Origin: Nemertoderma westbladi
Lineage: Eukaryota; Animalia; Xenacoelomorpha
DNA: 64,000 bases
Direction of reading: 5' to 3'
NCBI GenBank assembly: GCA_032718475.1
Contig: JAUCBJ010001560.1
Coordinates: 1-64,000 of the forward strand
Part shown: positions 31,801 to 42,754 of the stretch, piece after piece
Numbering within the stretch: position 1 is the first letter of the stretch
Layout: each line of letters begins with the position of its first letter
Position numbers and translations under genes: made by a program
Notes under the pieces: model-generated
Database searches by the model: none
Told to the model about the DNA's origin: nothing
The model's input: only the letters and a program-made list of their open reading frames with translations

Positions 31801-32981
31801 GGTCGCCATCGCTGCATCTTTACGCGGTTTTAAACGAAAAATCGAAAATAAACTATTTTATTCTTAAAATAACGTCGTAGCATTTTACCGTGTAGAAAAT
31901 ATAGGGAATTAATTAAATATGTTTACAACTCTTACATCTGGTACTCCTAGAACGTAACAAATTGTTAAGCAATTTTACCCGGAATATGGAAAATTATCAA
32001 CTATGTTTACTGAAGTGAATCGGTACAACCTATATATATATATATAATTGTTACTATTTAACTAAATAAGCCGCCCCGCCATCCAAATTGAAAAATAATC
32101 AAAATGTATAGAAATATTATCACTAAAGAAAAACACAATTATTATAAAACAACACCAACAGGCGCAATGATTCAAAACGACAATAATACAAATAACATAT
32201 CAATTAATACAAATATGAGAAATAAACAAAACTATAACAAAATAATAACAAAATGGAATGAAATATTTAATAAACTTCGATAAACACAACTGAACAAATA
32301 AAAAACTGATTCACAGTGTAATAATCAATATTGCATAGCTATTAACTCATATAATATTGCATAGATGGACATCTAAACTAATTAATATTGCATATATTTA
32401 GTAATATTATTAATGATTGCGTAATGCCCTCTAGCTGTACCAACCAGCACCCCTAACACCAATCCACTTCGTTAAAGATCTAAACTTAATTAAAAAGAAA
32501 TATAAACTGCTGTTAAATAAATGATTTGTTTAATGAAAGTCCCGTATATTTATTTAACAACTCGATTACAAACTGACTATAATTCATTATTCTTAAATTG
32601 TGATTTATTTGACACTTTTATTTATTTAAAGGCTGGATTATAAATTTGACATATGATAGTACTGAAAGAGTAAATCACAATGTAAGAATAATAATAATAG
32701 GTAGTTGGGCCTATTAGGTTATTACATTACAAAAAAACGATATTCATAAACCGTTTAAGTACGCGTTGCGCTCGGAATACTATAAGTACCTGAAACGGCG
32801 GCGAAAAGTACTAGTTTTTGTTTAACAATTTAGTTTAACATTTAATTGTACATTGGAAATCAAGTTATAACTCGCTGAAGGAGCGAAGAGAGCGAGGTCT
32901 ATCCGACATAATCAGACTATTTTATAACTCAATCAAACCGACTCTAATTAGCTTTTAACGTTGTCCCACTTTCTGCCGGAT

Positions 32982-35900
32982 CTAAGAATCACCACCATCC
33001 ATTCTCTCCACACCAGCCCCGTCTTCCAGACTAGACTCGGGGGAGCTGGACACCTCGTCCCGAATCAGGGAGCTCCCATTGGTCTGTCTGGGAGGCGAGA
33101 TTTCGGAGGCCAGCGAGTCATCCCGGTTGTTAGGGATACGGAGTCCCTGGTACGACTCGCTCAAATCGTCGCGACGCTGCTCTAGAAACTCCGAGTATTT
33201 AACGCTCTTTTTGGAGGCGGTTGACGCCGCTAGAGGCGTCTGTAATGGAGTTAGATACGGAAGTACTGACTCGTCTGCTGTACTAGTAACTACAGTCTTC
33301 ATGTTGCCTTGGAGACAGAGTAACAGGGATCCGTCCTTGGTTGTGGTGTGGACGTAGATGGCCGAGGGGTTGAGGGCGTTCCCGACGTAATGCGGCTCGT
33401 CGCAGTGGAAGTGGCAACGAGCGAGTCGGGAATCCGGGAGATCGACGCTCGAGAGTTCCCGGACCTCGACCGAGTGGAAGTGGATGACGTAGAGGTAGGG
33501 ATCGCGGTAGCGGAACCCCAACGGCATGCCGGACCAGCGGAGGTCGTGGCCGCGGGTTCGAATCCCCTGGGGGGAGACGAACACGCCCACCTCGTGGAAA
33601 CACAGGAGGAGTTCGGTGGTGGCGGGAGGGTTGGCGCGATCGGGAGGGGTCACGTCGATTATACTCACCGGTAGACTCGCCCCGGAAGGGACCGGGTCCT
33701 GTCTCGACAACGAGGATTCCTCCTCGTCGAGTAGCAAGGCGAGACTCGGCGCCGACAGGTCCACGGAGTAGAAGGAGTTGCCCCCGACTATTAGTCGGTC
33801 CGACAGGAACATCAGACAGCTGCAGGGCTCCATGTACTCGAAGTTACGGACCAATAGGAACTCGTTGCTGTAGTAACGGAGCAGCAGGAGGCTGTCCGGC
33901 AGTGCGGCGGCGACGTAGACGTTGCCGTCGTTACAAACCCCGGAGGATGCCGCGAAGAGATGGCAGTCGATGAGATCCTGCCGCAGGTTGTGCGGGTAGA
34001 CGGTGTGCCGCGACTTGGGGTTGTTGGAGACGTTGACGCATTTAGCGAGGAGGTCCGCGGCGTCGACGGACTGCAGACGGAGTCGGTCCCCGCTGATGAG
34101 GAGGAGGAGATGGGGACTCGCGAGTAACTCGAGTTGGGCGACGGCGCCGGTGATCCCGTCGAGATGACCGAGGTTGTTGGGCGGCGAGCCGACGATGAGG
34201 CCGTAATCGGTCCCGAGTAGGAGCAGCGGCCCATCGGCCCGGACGATGAGACAGCAGTTAACCGCCATCCGCTGCGGGAGTTGCAGCACTCGGGAGTGGA
34301 CGATCTTGGCCTCGCGTTGCGCCGCAATCCGCTCGTTCACCGCCCGCGACGCCAGTCCCAGGCGTCGCAGCCACAGCTTCTTGTCCTCGTAGCCGTTAGC
34401 CAACAGGACGACGGGTTCTTCTGGGTCGCGAAGCAACGCGAACGCTTCAATGAGTTGAGCGGAAGTGGTGGACACAGGTAGTTGGGAGGAAGGAAGAGTT
34501 GGTTGGACGGATAGATGGGAGCAGCAATGGAAGTCGACGGAAAGGTAAACCGGAGCGTCGCTAAGATCCGAGTCGTACAGGATCAGTTTGTTCTCCGATA
34601 GATTCGCCCATTTCTTGATCCAGCCGGATTTACTTGCGGCGGTGGGGACCTTCAACCAGCCCTCGGTGGACGGCTCGCCCCACTGCGCCGCGGCTCGACA
34701 GCCCTGCAGCACCGGGAGCAGTTGCTGCGGGATCCCGCAGGTGTTGGACAACGAGGGCCGACAGCGCTGATGGCAGACGAGCCCGCACTCCGAGCAGCGC
34801 GCCGCCTTCCGCCCGAAGTGGACCGAGCCGACGCACACTGCGCATTCCGTCGGTCGCATGTTCGTGAATGCGACGAGACGATGGGGGATGTCGTGGCGTG
34901 CAACAGGGGCCACTGACTCAACCGATTCCTCCTCCTTGAGACTCGATACCTCGAGGTACCGACTCGTGTGGGTAGAGTCGACGACGGAGGTCGGACTGAG
35001 AGGGAGAAAGGAACTACTGGAGAGTCCGACAGCGGTGCCGGACAGGAAACCAGACTGACCGACAGCGGTGCCGGACAAGAACCCGGACTGTCCGACCGAG
35101 GTCATCTCGGACTGCCGCTGTTTCAGCAATGAGGCCTCGATCTTCGCCGCATTGCCGGCATCGACGGCACGATTCAGCCGACTCTCGAGGTCTCGACTCT
35201 TCGTTTTCTCCCTCTCTAACTGATTCTGCGCCTCGCTTATTATCGGGTCGCCCCCCGCCGCTCCCGGATTGCTCCGTTTGAATATCCCGCCTTTGCGTTT
35301 CTTCCCGGGGGTCACCAACTCAGACTTTCCCTGCAGGAAGTCGATGAGTTTGCCCTGCTGCGACACGGTTCCGTGCCATCGTATCTTCTCCTCGTAGTGG
35401 TTGTGCTGCAGTGCGGCGACCTGCTGCTCCAATCTCGCCGCCTCCAACTCCCGCAGCTCAACGCACTTCCTCCCGGACTCAACCTGCTGCTCCATCTCCG
35501 CGCACTTCCCTCCCAACTTCTCCGCCCGAACCCTCGTTTTCTCCAACTCCTTCCGTAGCTTCTCCCTCTCTCCCTGCACCTCCGTTAACGCGAGCTGCAG
35601 CTCCCCGTTCCGCTCCCCTAACTGCCGCTCCCTGTACTCCAACTCGCTCGCTCGCTGTACCAACGTGCCAACCCTCCCTCTGTTCTCCTGCAACTCCTCC
35701 CCAACCCGTCGTGTCTCCGCTCTCGCCGCCTCCAACTCCCTCCCGAGCTCTCCAATCGCCTCCCGATGTCTCCGCTCCTCTCGCTCCCTCCCCTCCGATG
35801 CCCGTGCCACCTCTCCAAGCAGCTCCCCCTTCTCCACATCTAACCCTCTCACTTTCCCCTCCATATCCCCCAGCCTCTCTGCCGCGCGCCGTTTCTGCTC

Positions 35901-37304
35901 CTCTAACTTCCCAACCACCGCTTCATACTCCATATTCTCTTGTTCCAGAACGTCGCAGGCCGCCTTCATATCTTGAAGGTCTTTCCTCCTCCCAATCAGC
36001 TCCCTATTGGCCTCCTCCAACTCCCGGGTTCGCTCGGTCAGTCTGGCAGATAGCCGTTCCATCTCGGCGTCTTTACCGCTAACGAGTGTTTGCAACTCCC
36101 TCGCCCTTGCCGCCAACCTACTTCGCTCTTCCTTGCTCTCCTCCAGCACCACGGACGCCTCTCTCCTCTCCTTCTCCACCGCCTCTACCATCTGCGCCTC
36201 GACTGTCCGCAATCTCGCGACCTCCTCTTTGCCCCGTTTGCATTGACTCTCGAGCTCCTTGGTCCCCTTCTGCAACCGCTCCAGATCCACCTTCACGCGA
36301 TGGTGGTCCGTCTTGGCGGTGGCGAGTCGCTCCTCCAGTGTCGCTATGTCGACGTCCTTCTGCGAAAGCCGCTCGCGGAAGTCACAGACCTCGTCGTTGA
36401 ACTTCCGTCGGTTATTGTCCGACTTCTTCTCGAGGTCGTTGATCTTCCTCTGCAGATTGTCGACGAGCACCGCGTTGCCCTCCACCTTGGCGATGAGTCC
36501 CACGCGTTCCCCCTCTTGGTTCTCCTTCTCCTGTTCCACCCTCCGTAACAAACGTTCCCGCTCCCGTTCTAACGAACCCGCGTTCCCCTCCAGTTTCAGC
36601 ACGGTATCGGACAGACTCGTAATCAACTCGTCCTTACCCGCCAATGTTTTCGCCAAGGCCTTACCGCTCGCTACCTCGGCACTCAGCCGCCGCACCTCCG
36701 CTTCCAGATTCCGCCGCTTATTGTCGGAATCTTTTATCCTCTTATGTAGTGAATCGATCGACTCAAGTTTACACTTCGAGTGGGAAACTTCCCTTTTCAG
36801 TTCGATATTCTCGCGATAGAGGGTCTCGTTTTTATCGCCCAACTCAAAACATCTAATGGAATTGGATTCGCTTTCATTTCGTAAATGTTGTATCTGAGAT
36901 TTTAAGGAATGTACTTTATCATTGTGAGTGTCACTGAGTTGCTTTATCCGTTCCTCCGCGTTCAGTAAGTCTAGCCTGGTGTCTTTCTGCCCCGTTTCTT
37001 GGACCTTCAACTTTTCTTCCAGACTACATCTATCGGCGTAAAGTTCCCGAATTTCCGAACGCAGACGGTCTAGTTCTGCTCGCGTTCTTTCGTCGTGGAG
37101 TTGCGAATGTTCGTGACGTTTATCATTAAACTCACTGAACATCTGCACAGCACCAGTGGCCAATTCAACCCTTTCTGAATGCTCATTCTCGAGATATTTT
37201 CTGACCTTTTTCAACTTAGAATGTGTTGATCTGAGTTCATCCTCCAGTTGTTTAGTTTTGCCTCTTAAACGCCTGATTTCTCTATCTTTAGGAGCTTCGG
37301 CCAT
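32982..37304 (-). CDS. CIT: Citron Rho-interacting protein-like (coiled coil, C1, PH, CNH); no kinase domain in this ORF
   Basis: ~720 aa coiled coil with the citron signature QQGKLIDFLQ; C1 domain HDIPHRL...CAVC...VHFGRKAARCSEC..VCH..C...TCGIP; PH domain EGWLKVP...GW.KKWA; CNH domain LLLGTDYGL...LLLCFHEVGVFV...G.R.R..DLRWS. Confidence 0.9.
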   Translation of the reverse strand: MAEAPKDREIRRLRGKTKQLEDELRSTHSKLKKVRKYLENEHSERVELATGAVQMFSEFNDKRHEHSQLHDERTRAELDRLRSEIRELYADRCSLEEKLKVQETGQKDTRLDLLNAEERIKQLSDTHNDKVHSLKSQIQHLRNESESNSIRCFELGDKNETLYRENIELKREVSHSKCKLESIDSLHKRIKDSDNKRRNLEAEVRRLSAEVASGKALAKTLAGKDELITSLSDTVLKLEGNAGSLERERERLLRRVEQEKENQEGERVGLIAKVEGNAVLVDNLQRKINDLEKKSDNNRRKFNDEVCDFRERLSQKDVDIATLEERLATAKTDHHRVKVDLERLQKGTKELESQCKRGKEEVARLRTVEAQMVEAVEKERREASVVLEESKEERSRLAARARELQTLVSGKDAEMERLSARLTERTRELEEANRELIGRRKDLQDMKAACDVLEQENMEYEAVVGKLEEQKRRAAERLGDMEGKVRGLDVEKGELLGEVARASEGREREERRHREAIGELGRELEAARAETRRVGEELQENRGRVGTLVQRASELEYRERQLGERNGELQLALTEVQGEREKLRKELEKTRVRAEKLGGKCAEMEQQVESGRKCVELRELEAARLEQQVAALQHNHYEEKIRWHGTVSQQGKLIDFLQGKSELVTPGKKRKGGIFKRSNPGAAGGDPIISEAQNQLEREKTKSRDLESRLNRAVDAGNAAKIEASLLKQRQSEMTSVGQSGFLSGTAVGQSGFLSGTAVGLSSSSFLPLSPTSVVDSTHTSRYLEVSSLKEEESVESVAPVARHDIPHRLVAFTNMRPTECAVCVGSVHFGRKAARCSECGLVCHQRCRPSLSNTCGIPQQLLPVLQGCRAAAQWGEPSTEGWLKVPTAASKSGWIKKWANLSENKLILYDSDLSDAPVYLSVDFHCCSHLSVQPTLPSSQLPVSTTSAQLIEAFALLRDPEEPVVLLANGYEDKKLWLRRLGLASRAVNERIAAQREAKIVHSRVLQLPQRMAVNCCLIVRADGPLLLLGTDYGLIVGSPPNNLGHLDGITGAVAQLELLASPHLLLLISGDRLRLQSVDAADLLAKCVNVSNNPKSRHTVYPHNLRQDLIDCHLFAASSGVCNDGNVYVAAALPDSLLLLRYYSNEFLLVRNFEYMEPCSCLMFLSDRLIVGGNSFYSVDLSAPSLALLLDEEESSLSRQDPVPSGASLPVSIIDVTPPDRANPPATTELLLCFHEVGVFVSPQGIRTRGHDLRWSGMPLGFRYRDPYLYVIHFHSVEVRELSSVDLPDSRLARCHFHCDEPHYVGNALNPSAIYVHTTTKDGSLLLCLQGNMKTVVTSTADESVLPYLTPLQTPLAASTASKKSVKYSEFLEQRRDDLSESYQGLRIPNNRDDSLASEISPPRQTNGSSLIRDEVSSSPESSLEDGAGVERMDGGDS

Positions 37305-37433
37305 TGATTTGTGGTTGGCTGTAGGCTGTATGCAGTATGTGTGCAGTGTGGTAGGCCTAATCTGCTAATCCTGTAGGTAATCGGAATCCTGTAATCTGTT
37401 CTTTTAAACACAAAAATCGTTACCGTACACAAC

Positions 37434-37850
37434 CCAGGCTGCAAATGAAGTGCAAAAATCGCAACGCGTTGTGCGCGTATTTGAAATAGTGCGCGGTAAA
37501 AGCGCGCGGAATTGAAATAAAAGTGCGCGAAATTATGTGAAAGATGGCAGTAATCTGTGCAAAATACCTATAGTGTAACATATGTAACAATGTAACATAA
37601 AGTGCGCGGACAGGCTAACAGCAACAGGTGGCTGGATGAGGTGTAAAAAGGTTTACATGCATGCAAAGTGAGAAAAATAATTTGCCACAAAAAAATTGCG
37701 CTTCGCTCGCGTATGTTTTTCGTTTTTTTTTTTGTTAAAATGTGGTGTGCGCGTTTTTTTCGGTGCATGCGCGGTATATTGTCCAATATTGCGCGGCTGA
37801 AAAATTGTGCGCAGGCGTTGTGCGCGGTTCAGTGGTGGTTTGCAGCCTGG
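37434..37850. mobile_element. MITE with 12-bp TIRs and 8-bp TSD (hAT-like)
   Basis: CCAGGCTGCAAA...TTTGCAGCCTGG flanked by tacacaac at 37426-37433 and 37851-37858; gtgcgcg subterminal motifs. Confidence 0.85.
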
Positions 37851-40370
37851 TACACAACACAGTACCTACTGCAGTACTGAATACTGGCTACTGACCTACC
37901 AGGCCAGGCCTATCTGCCTATCCAGTTACTTGGTTCGAATTGGAAAACATTGTTTCAAAAATGTTAATTCCGTAATTTCGCTGTTTCGTAGAAGTGTAAT
38001 ACTGTAATACAGACCTTACCTGCTCAGATGCTTACTGCCACGAACCCGAACCAGACTGCACTGCCTGCTGCCAGAGACAGAGAGATAGATTTATATTAAC
38101 TACATATGTCATTGTTAATAAAATAGCACATTATAGCGTTACGGCACGATGATTTTGTTTAATTAATTTAAAATCAATGCAATCCTATGGGTTACTTTTT
38201 CTCCCGATTTTGTCTAAATCTGTAAATTGGAGCGAAAAAGTAACAATTTAGGGGTGCATGTAGAGTAGACTGTAAACAGGTTTGATATATTTCACCATAA
38301 AGAAGTTGAGCCTCAGTCTGCACTATAAGTTTTACTACTCTGACCATAAATACGGCTACTATTTCACCATGAACTAGTTGTGGTGAAAGAAGTAATCAAT
38401 TTGTTTAATACTGTGACATGCCAATTTGTTTGGCATATATCTGTATATCCCACAACATTTTTATGGTGAAATTAACAACATAAAACATTTGCGTTATTAC
38501 AATATTACCCCAATTTTGTTGTGGTGAAAACAACAAAATTTTCATAGTTAGTCATAGTTAGCGGACTACGGACTGCGGATTGCCAAAATCAACGCGGTCA
38601 ATTTGAATTATCGACTTCTAAACTAAGAACCCGTTCTTTGTTGTCTGGACAAATGGCGGACTGAAGCTGGTAAATTGTAACCTGATTCTCGTTCCACTGA
38701 GGTTGATATCGATCAACCGGGTACCTCGACCTGTGGATACACCGACCGTAACCCTAAACCTTCCGATGCAATTGTATTGCACCCCTCACCCAGGAGTTAT
38801 AGCCCTCCTAGTAAAGTGGCTCGCCCCAAAGAGAAAAGGACTCTTGCTAGCCTCAAAAAACTTTGTAAACGCCGTTCATGTAAGAAGGACTAACTGTTTA
38901 GAGTACTTTTATATTTTAGAAACTGTGATTTTTTATATTTTATAGAATTAAATCCCATTTTCTGGGAGCGGTGTAAAAGCTTTTGCGGACATAACAAGTC
39001 ATTTTTCCCCGCAATGCACAGTATAGGTGCTTTAGCGGACATAAGTCATTTTTGCCGCAATGCGCATAATACTCTAAAAGATTGGAGCTCAGATGACGAA
39101 ATCTGTCTGCTGATTTCCTGTAGACGTGGAACCTCCTTGTTCTGCTCAGCCAATCAGAGTGATTTTCACTTTATGTTCAACAGTGGCCTATGGAAAACCG
39201 CGCAATGCATTACGGTCTTTGTTTACCTTTCTGAGCCTCAGAACCGGCTTGGAATTCTTCTGTACTTCTGTTTTTGGAAGTTTCAGACTTTGGCCTAAAC
39301 ATCTGATGGCTTTGATTATTATAAGAACGTAAATCTATTATCATAACGTAACACATCAATCCATACTCACTTACGGTCTTTGCATTACGTAACATATACT
39401 GATTGTTCACCGCATTATTTTACTTCTGTTATTAATTGTTGTTATATGGATATATATTGCTGATATATTTGGATAATACCGATGAATACTCATAAAACCC
39501 CCAATCTTCTTGATTACTGAAGGTGAGAGGAACAGGTTACCGGTAGCAACTGCGACTTAAATTATAGAGGTTTTGTGTGAATTAAATGCTATTTCATAAT
39601 CCCTACAAGTGTCAGTTGCGATCTTCCTTATCAAATTCAGTGACGGTCGGCAGATCAGTGTGCATTAGTGTGAAGTAGTGTGAAGTCGTGTGAGGTAGTG
39701 TAACAGATAATAAAGCATCTCCTAAAGAATGCGCTATTTACGAAACTCATTAGCCATCTAGTTGTGATTAGTATAAGTCATAACTCTGTTTTTATACTTA
39801 AAGCGCCACGTCCTAAAGGAACTGTTAATATTTCCCCGAAAGTAAATATATTTGTCAGAGATTATATAGTAACGATCAATCGAATAATACAGTAGGTCTG
39901 CACAGCAATAACTCTCAAGGCACCCGAATCCAGTCTCCCTTAACTGTGGGTGAATGATCGCGCACAGACTGGCTTCGGCAGATGTAACTTCAGTACATTA
40001 AATAATTGATCTAGGCTAAAGTCGATTTATAAACAAGAAGACAACTAAAATTGGCAGGTTAAACTGCTAAAGGTCTAAAAGCGCGAACATGACTCATATT
40101 TCCTACTAATATATTACAACTATATTCAGGTTTCTTTGAAAGGTATTTGCAATAAATAGAGCGAAAAGTTAGAGTGATGAAAACGAGAGAAGATGTGTCT
40201 TTCAGTACTGCAGTATCAGAGTATAGTATAGTCTAGTCTGTCAGTCTGTGAGAAGTGCCCGGCGCCGTATGTACAAACCCCATACAGTAGAGCTCAGGCC
40301 CGGCCCCAAGCCACCCACCACTCTAAATCCGGCCCTTACTTCTGTACTGCTGTAGGCCTACTTTACTATT

Positions 40371-41841
40371 CGCAATAATTTTTATTGTCCGTTTAAATCC
40401 TTTTTTTGTCCTTTTTTTTTTATTTTTTATGTCCTCCAAAAGTCTAATGTTAGGTTCCATGCTACCGGTTTCTCTACTGCTGTTCTCTCAGGCTATCAGT
40501 ACCGGTATTAGTATATATAGCACTATTTTGCTGTATTGTATGTACAGATGTAGGTATAAAGCAGGTATTTCTGTATTTTAGTACCGGTACCAGCACCGGT
40601 ACTGCTATAGGCCTACTGTGTAGCCTACCATTTAAATACGGTAATGGTAGGCCTACCGGTTGTGCTAATAAATTTTAAATAATTGATAGGCCGAACTGGA
40701 TTGCAGGATTGTGGAAAATGTGGATATACCTTTCACATAATTTAGACCTATTACTGTATTAGTTTTATAATCAATAATGGATCATGACTACTGTCTGAGT
40801 AGTGTTACGGATAGCGGCACCACTACAGTACTTCCAACAGCACAGAAGGCCCGCCTCTGTAACCTGCCCCTTTCCCTCAATTAGTTAAATGATCGTTTAT
40901 TGTTTTGGTTAGATAATCCCGCCTCTGTAACCTGCTCCTTTCCCTCAATTGGTAATGTTATCGTTTATTGTTTTGGTTAGAAAATCCCGCCTCTGTAACC
41001 TGCTCCTTTCTCTCAATTGGTAATGTTATCGTTTATTGTTTTGGTTAGAAAATCCCGTCTCTGTAACCTGCTCCTTTCCCTCAATTAGTTAAATGATCGT
41101 TTATTGTTTTGGTTAGAAAATCCCGCGTCTGTAACCTGCCCCTTTCCCTCAATTAGTTAAATGATCGTTTATTGTTTTGGTTAGAAAATTCCGCCTCTGT
41201 AACCTGTCCCTTTCCCTCAATTAGTTAAATGATCGTTTATTGTTTTGGTTAGAAAATCCCGCCTCTGTAACCTGCTCCTTTCCCTCAATAAGTTAAGTGA
41301 TCGTTTATTGTTTTGGTTAGAAAATCCCGCCTCTGTAACCTGCTCCTTTCCCTCAATTAGTTAAGTGATCGTTTATTGTTTTGGTTAGAAAATCCCGTCA
41401 CTGTAACCTGCTCCTTTCCCTGATTTGTAAAAGTGACTGTTTATTGTTTTGGTTAGAAAACTCGGCATTAACCTGCTCCTTTCCATCAATTGGTAATTGT
41501 TTTTGGCTATAAAATGAGTGTTTTGCTACGTCATGTGGTAATCGATTATCGACAACAACCACAAACTATTAGATATAGAGTCTTTTTACCACAGGCGCAT
41601 ATGGAAATCTATCTCATAGTCTATAAATCATGGAATCATGGAATGTTTTGGCACAGGCATAGTGAAATCAACTGTCTGACAGTCCAGAAATCAGCAGTCT
41701 GACAGTTTGAAGAAATACATACATAAAAAGTCATTAAAAGGACAATAAAAGTCATTAAAAGGACAACAAAAGTCATTATGCATAATTCGTAAAAAAAAAA
41801 TGACAAAAAAAGTCAAATAAAAGGACATAAAAAATCACTGC
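40371..41841. mobile_element. Probable non-autonomous DNA transposon carrying a 68-bp tandem array
   Basis: Imperfect TIRs gcaataatttttattgtcc / ggacataaaaaatcactgc; direct repeat ctttactatt at 40361-40370 and 41842-41851; inverted subterminal tgtcc/ggaca motifs. Confidence 0.55.
40851..41500. repeat. 68-bp minisatellite, ~9.5 units
   Basis: Unit ccgcctctgtaacctgctcctttccctcaattagttaaatgatcgtttattgttttggttagaaaatc. Confidence 0.95.
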
Positions 41842-42754
41842 CTTTACTATTTATGGTGATTGGGACCAGCCACCAGGTGCCAGGTGCCTGGAAGAGGCTG
41901 GCACTGGCTGAACCTGGCTGGTACCGGTAAAGACAGAAAGAGGCAATAAAGTACAGTATACAGTCTAGAGTCTACCCCTACAGTTCTCCTAATCAGCTAA
42001 TCGTATGGATATACTGTAGGCCTACAGTAGTGTGTGCAATGTGCATGCAGATACAATAATATACAGATAAAGGATATGCATATCCATTTACAAGCGTGCA
42101 TGCATATAATACAATACAGTAGACCTACGCTACGTGCCTAAGGGGGAGCCCCATCCAACGCGGACACGTAAAACTACAGTACAGAATAGATAACATACTG
42201 TAGCTTCCTATGAGAGTAACCCCAACCTTCGCGTCAGGGCAGGCAGATGGGTGACATTAATTATACAGTCGGTCTCGGACCTATTTTGCAAACACGGTTA
42301 ACTTCTACTTATACAGTACACAGTCTACTTACAGTATACACTTACAGTACTACAGTATACAGTCTACTTCCACTTATACAGTTGGCCCACTTCACTCTCC
42401 TACCCCCGGCTTTTTTCAGGCTGCATTTTCTTAAACGTCCATAAAATCACAAAGGTACATAAGACAACATTTAACCCTAACCCTAAGTCATGATTGCAAT
42501 TTTTGCTTTACATGAAAGATAATTTCATAGGCTTCAATGAATTTCACGCACTTTTCTTAATTTAATAATATTTCCCCCTTTTTCTATGCATTTTTCCATC
42601 ACATTGAAGACAAAATGTACAAGATAAGAAAAACCGTAGGGGGGGGGGCTACCCCCCCCCCCCCCCCCCTTAAGTGTTGCCATAGTACCATGGTCGACCC
42701 CCTTATAAAATTTATATATCAGCCTCGACTGCGTGGAACATTACATTTAAAGCA

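Noticed and set aside
32961-37368. Many overlapping short ORFs on both strands
   Set aside because: GC-rich shadow frames of the citron-like CDS.
40778-40880. MDHDYC peptide resembling an HCF-1-binding motif of THAP proteins
   Set aside because: Only a four-residue match in a very short frame running into a tandem repeat.
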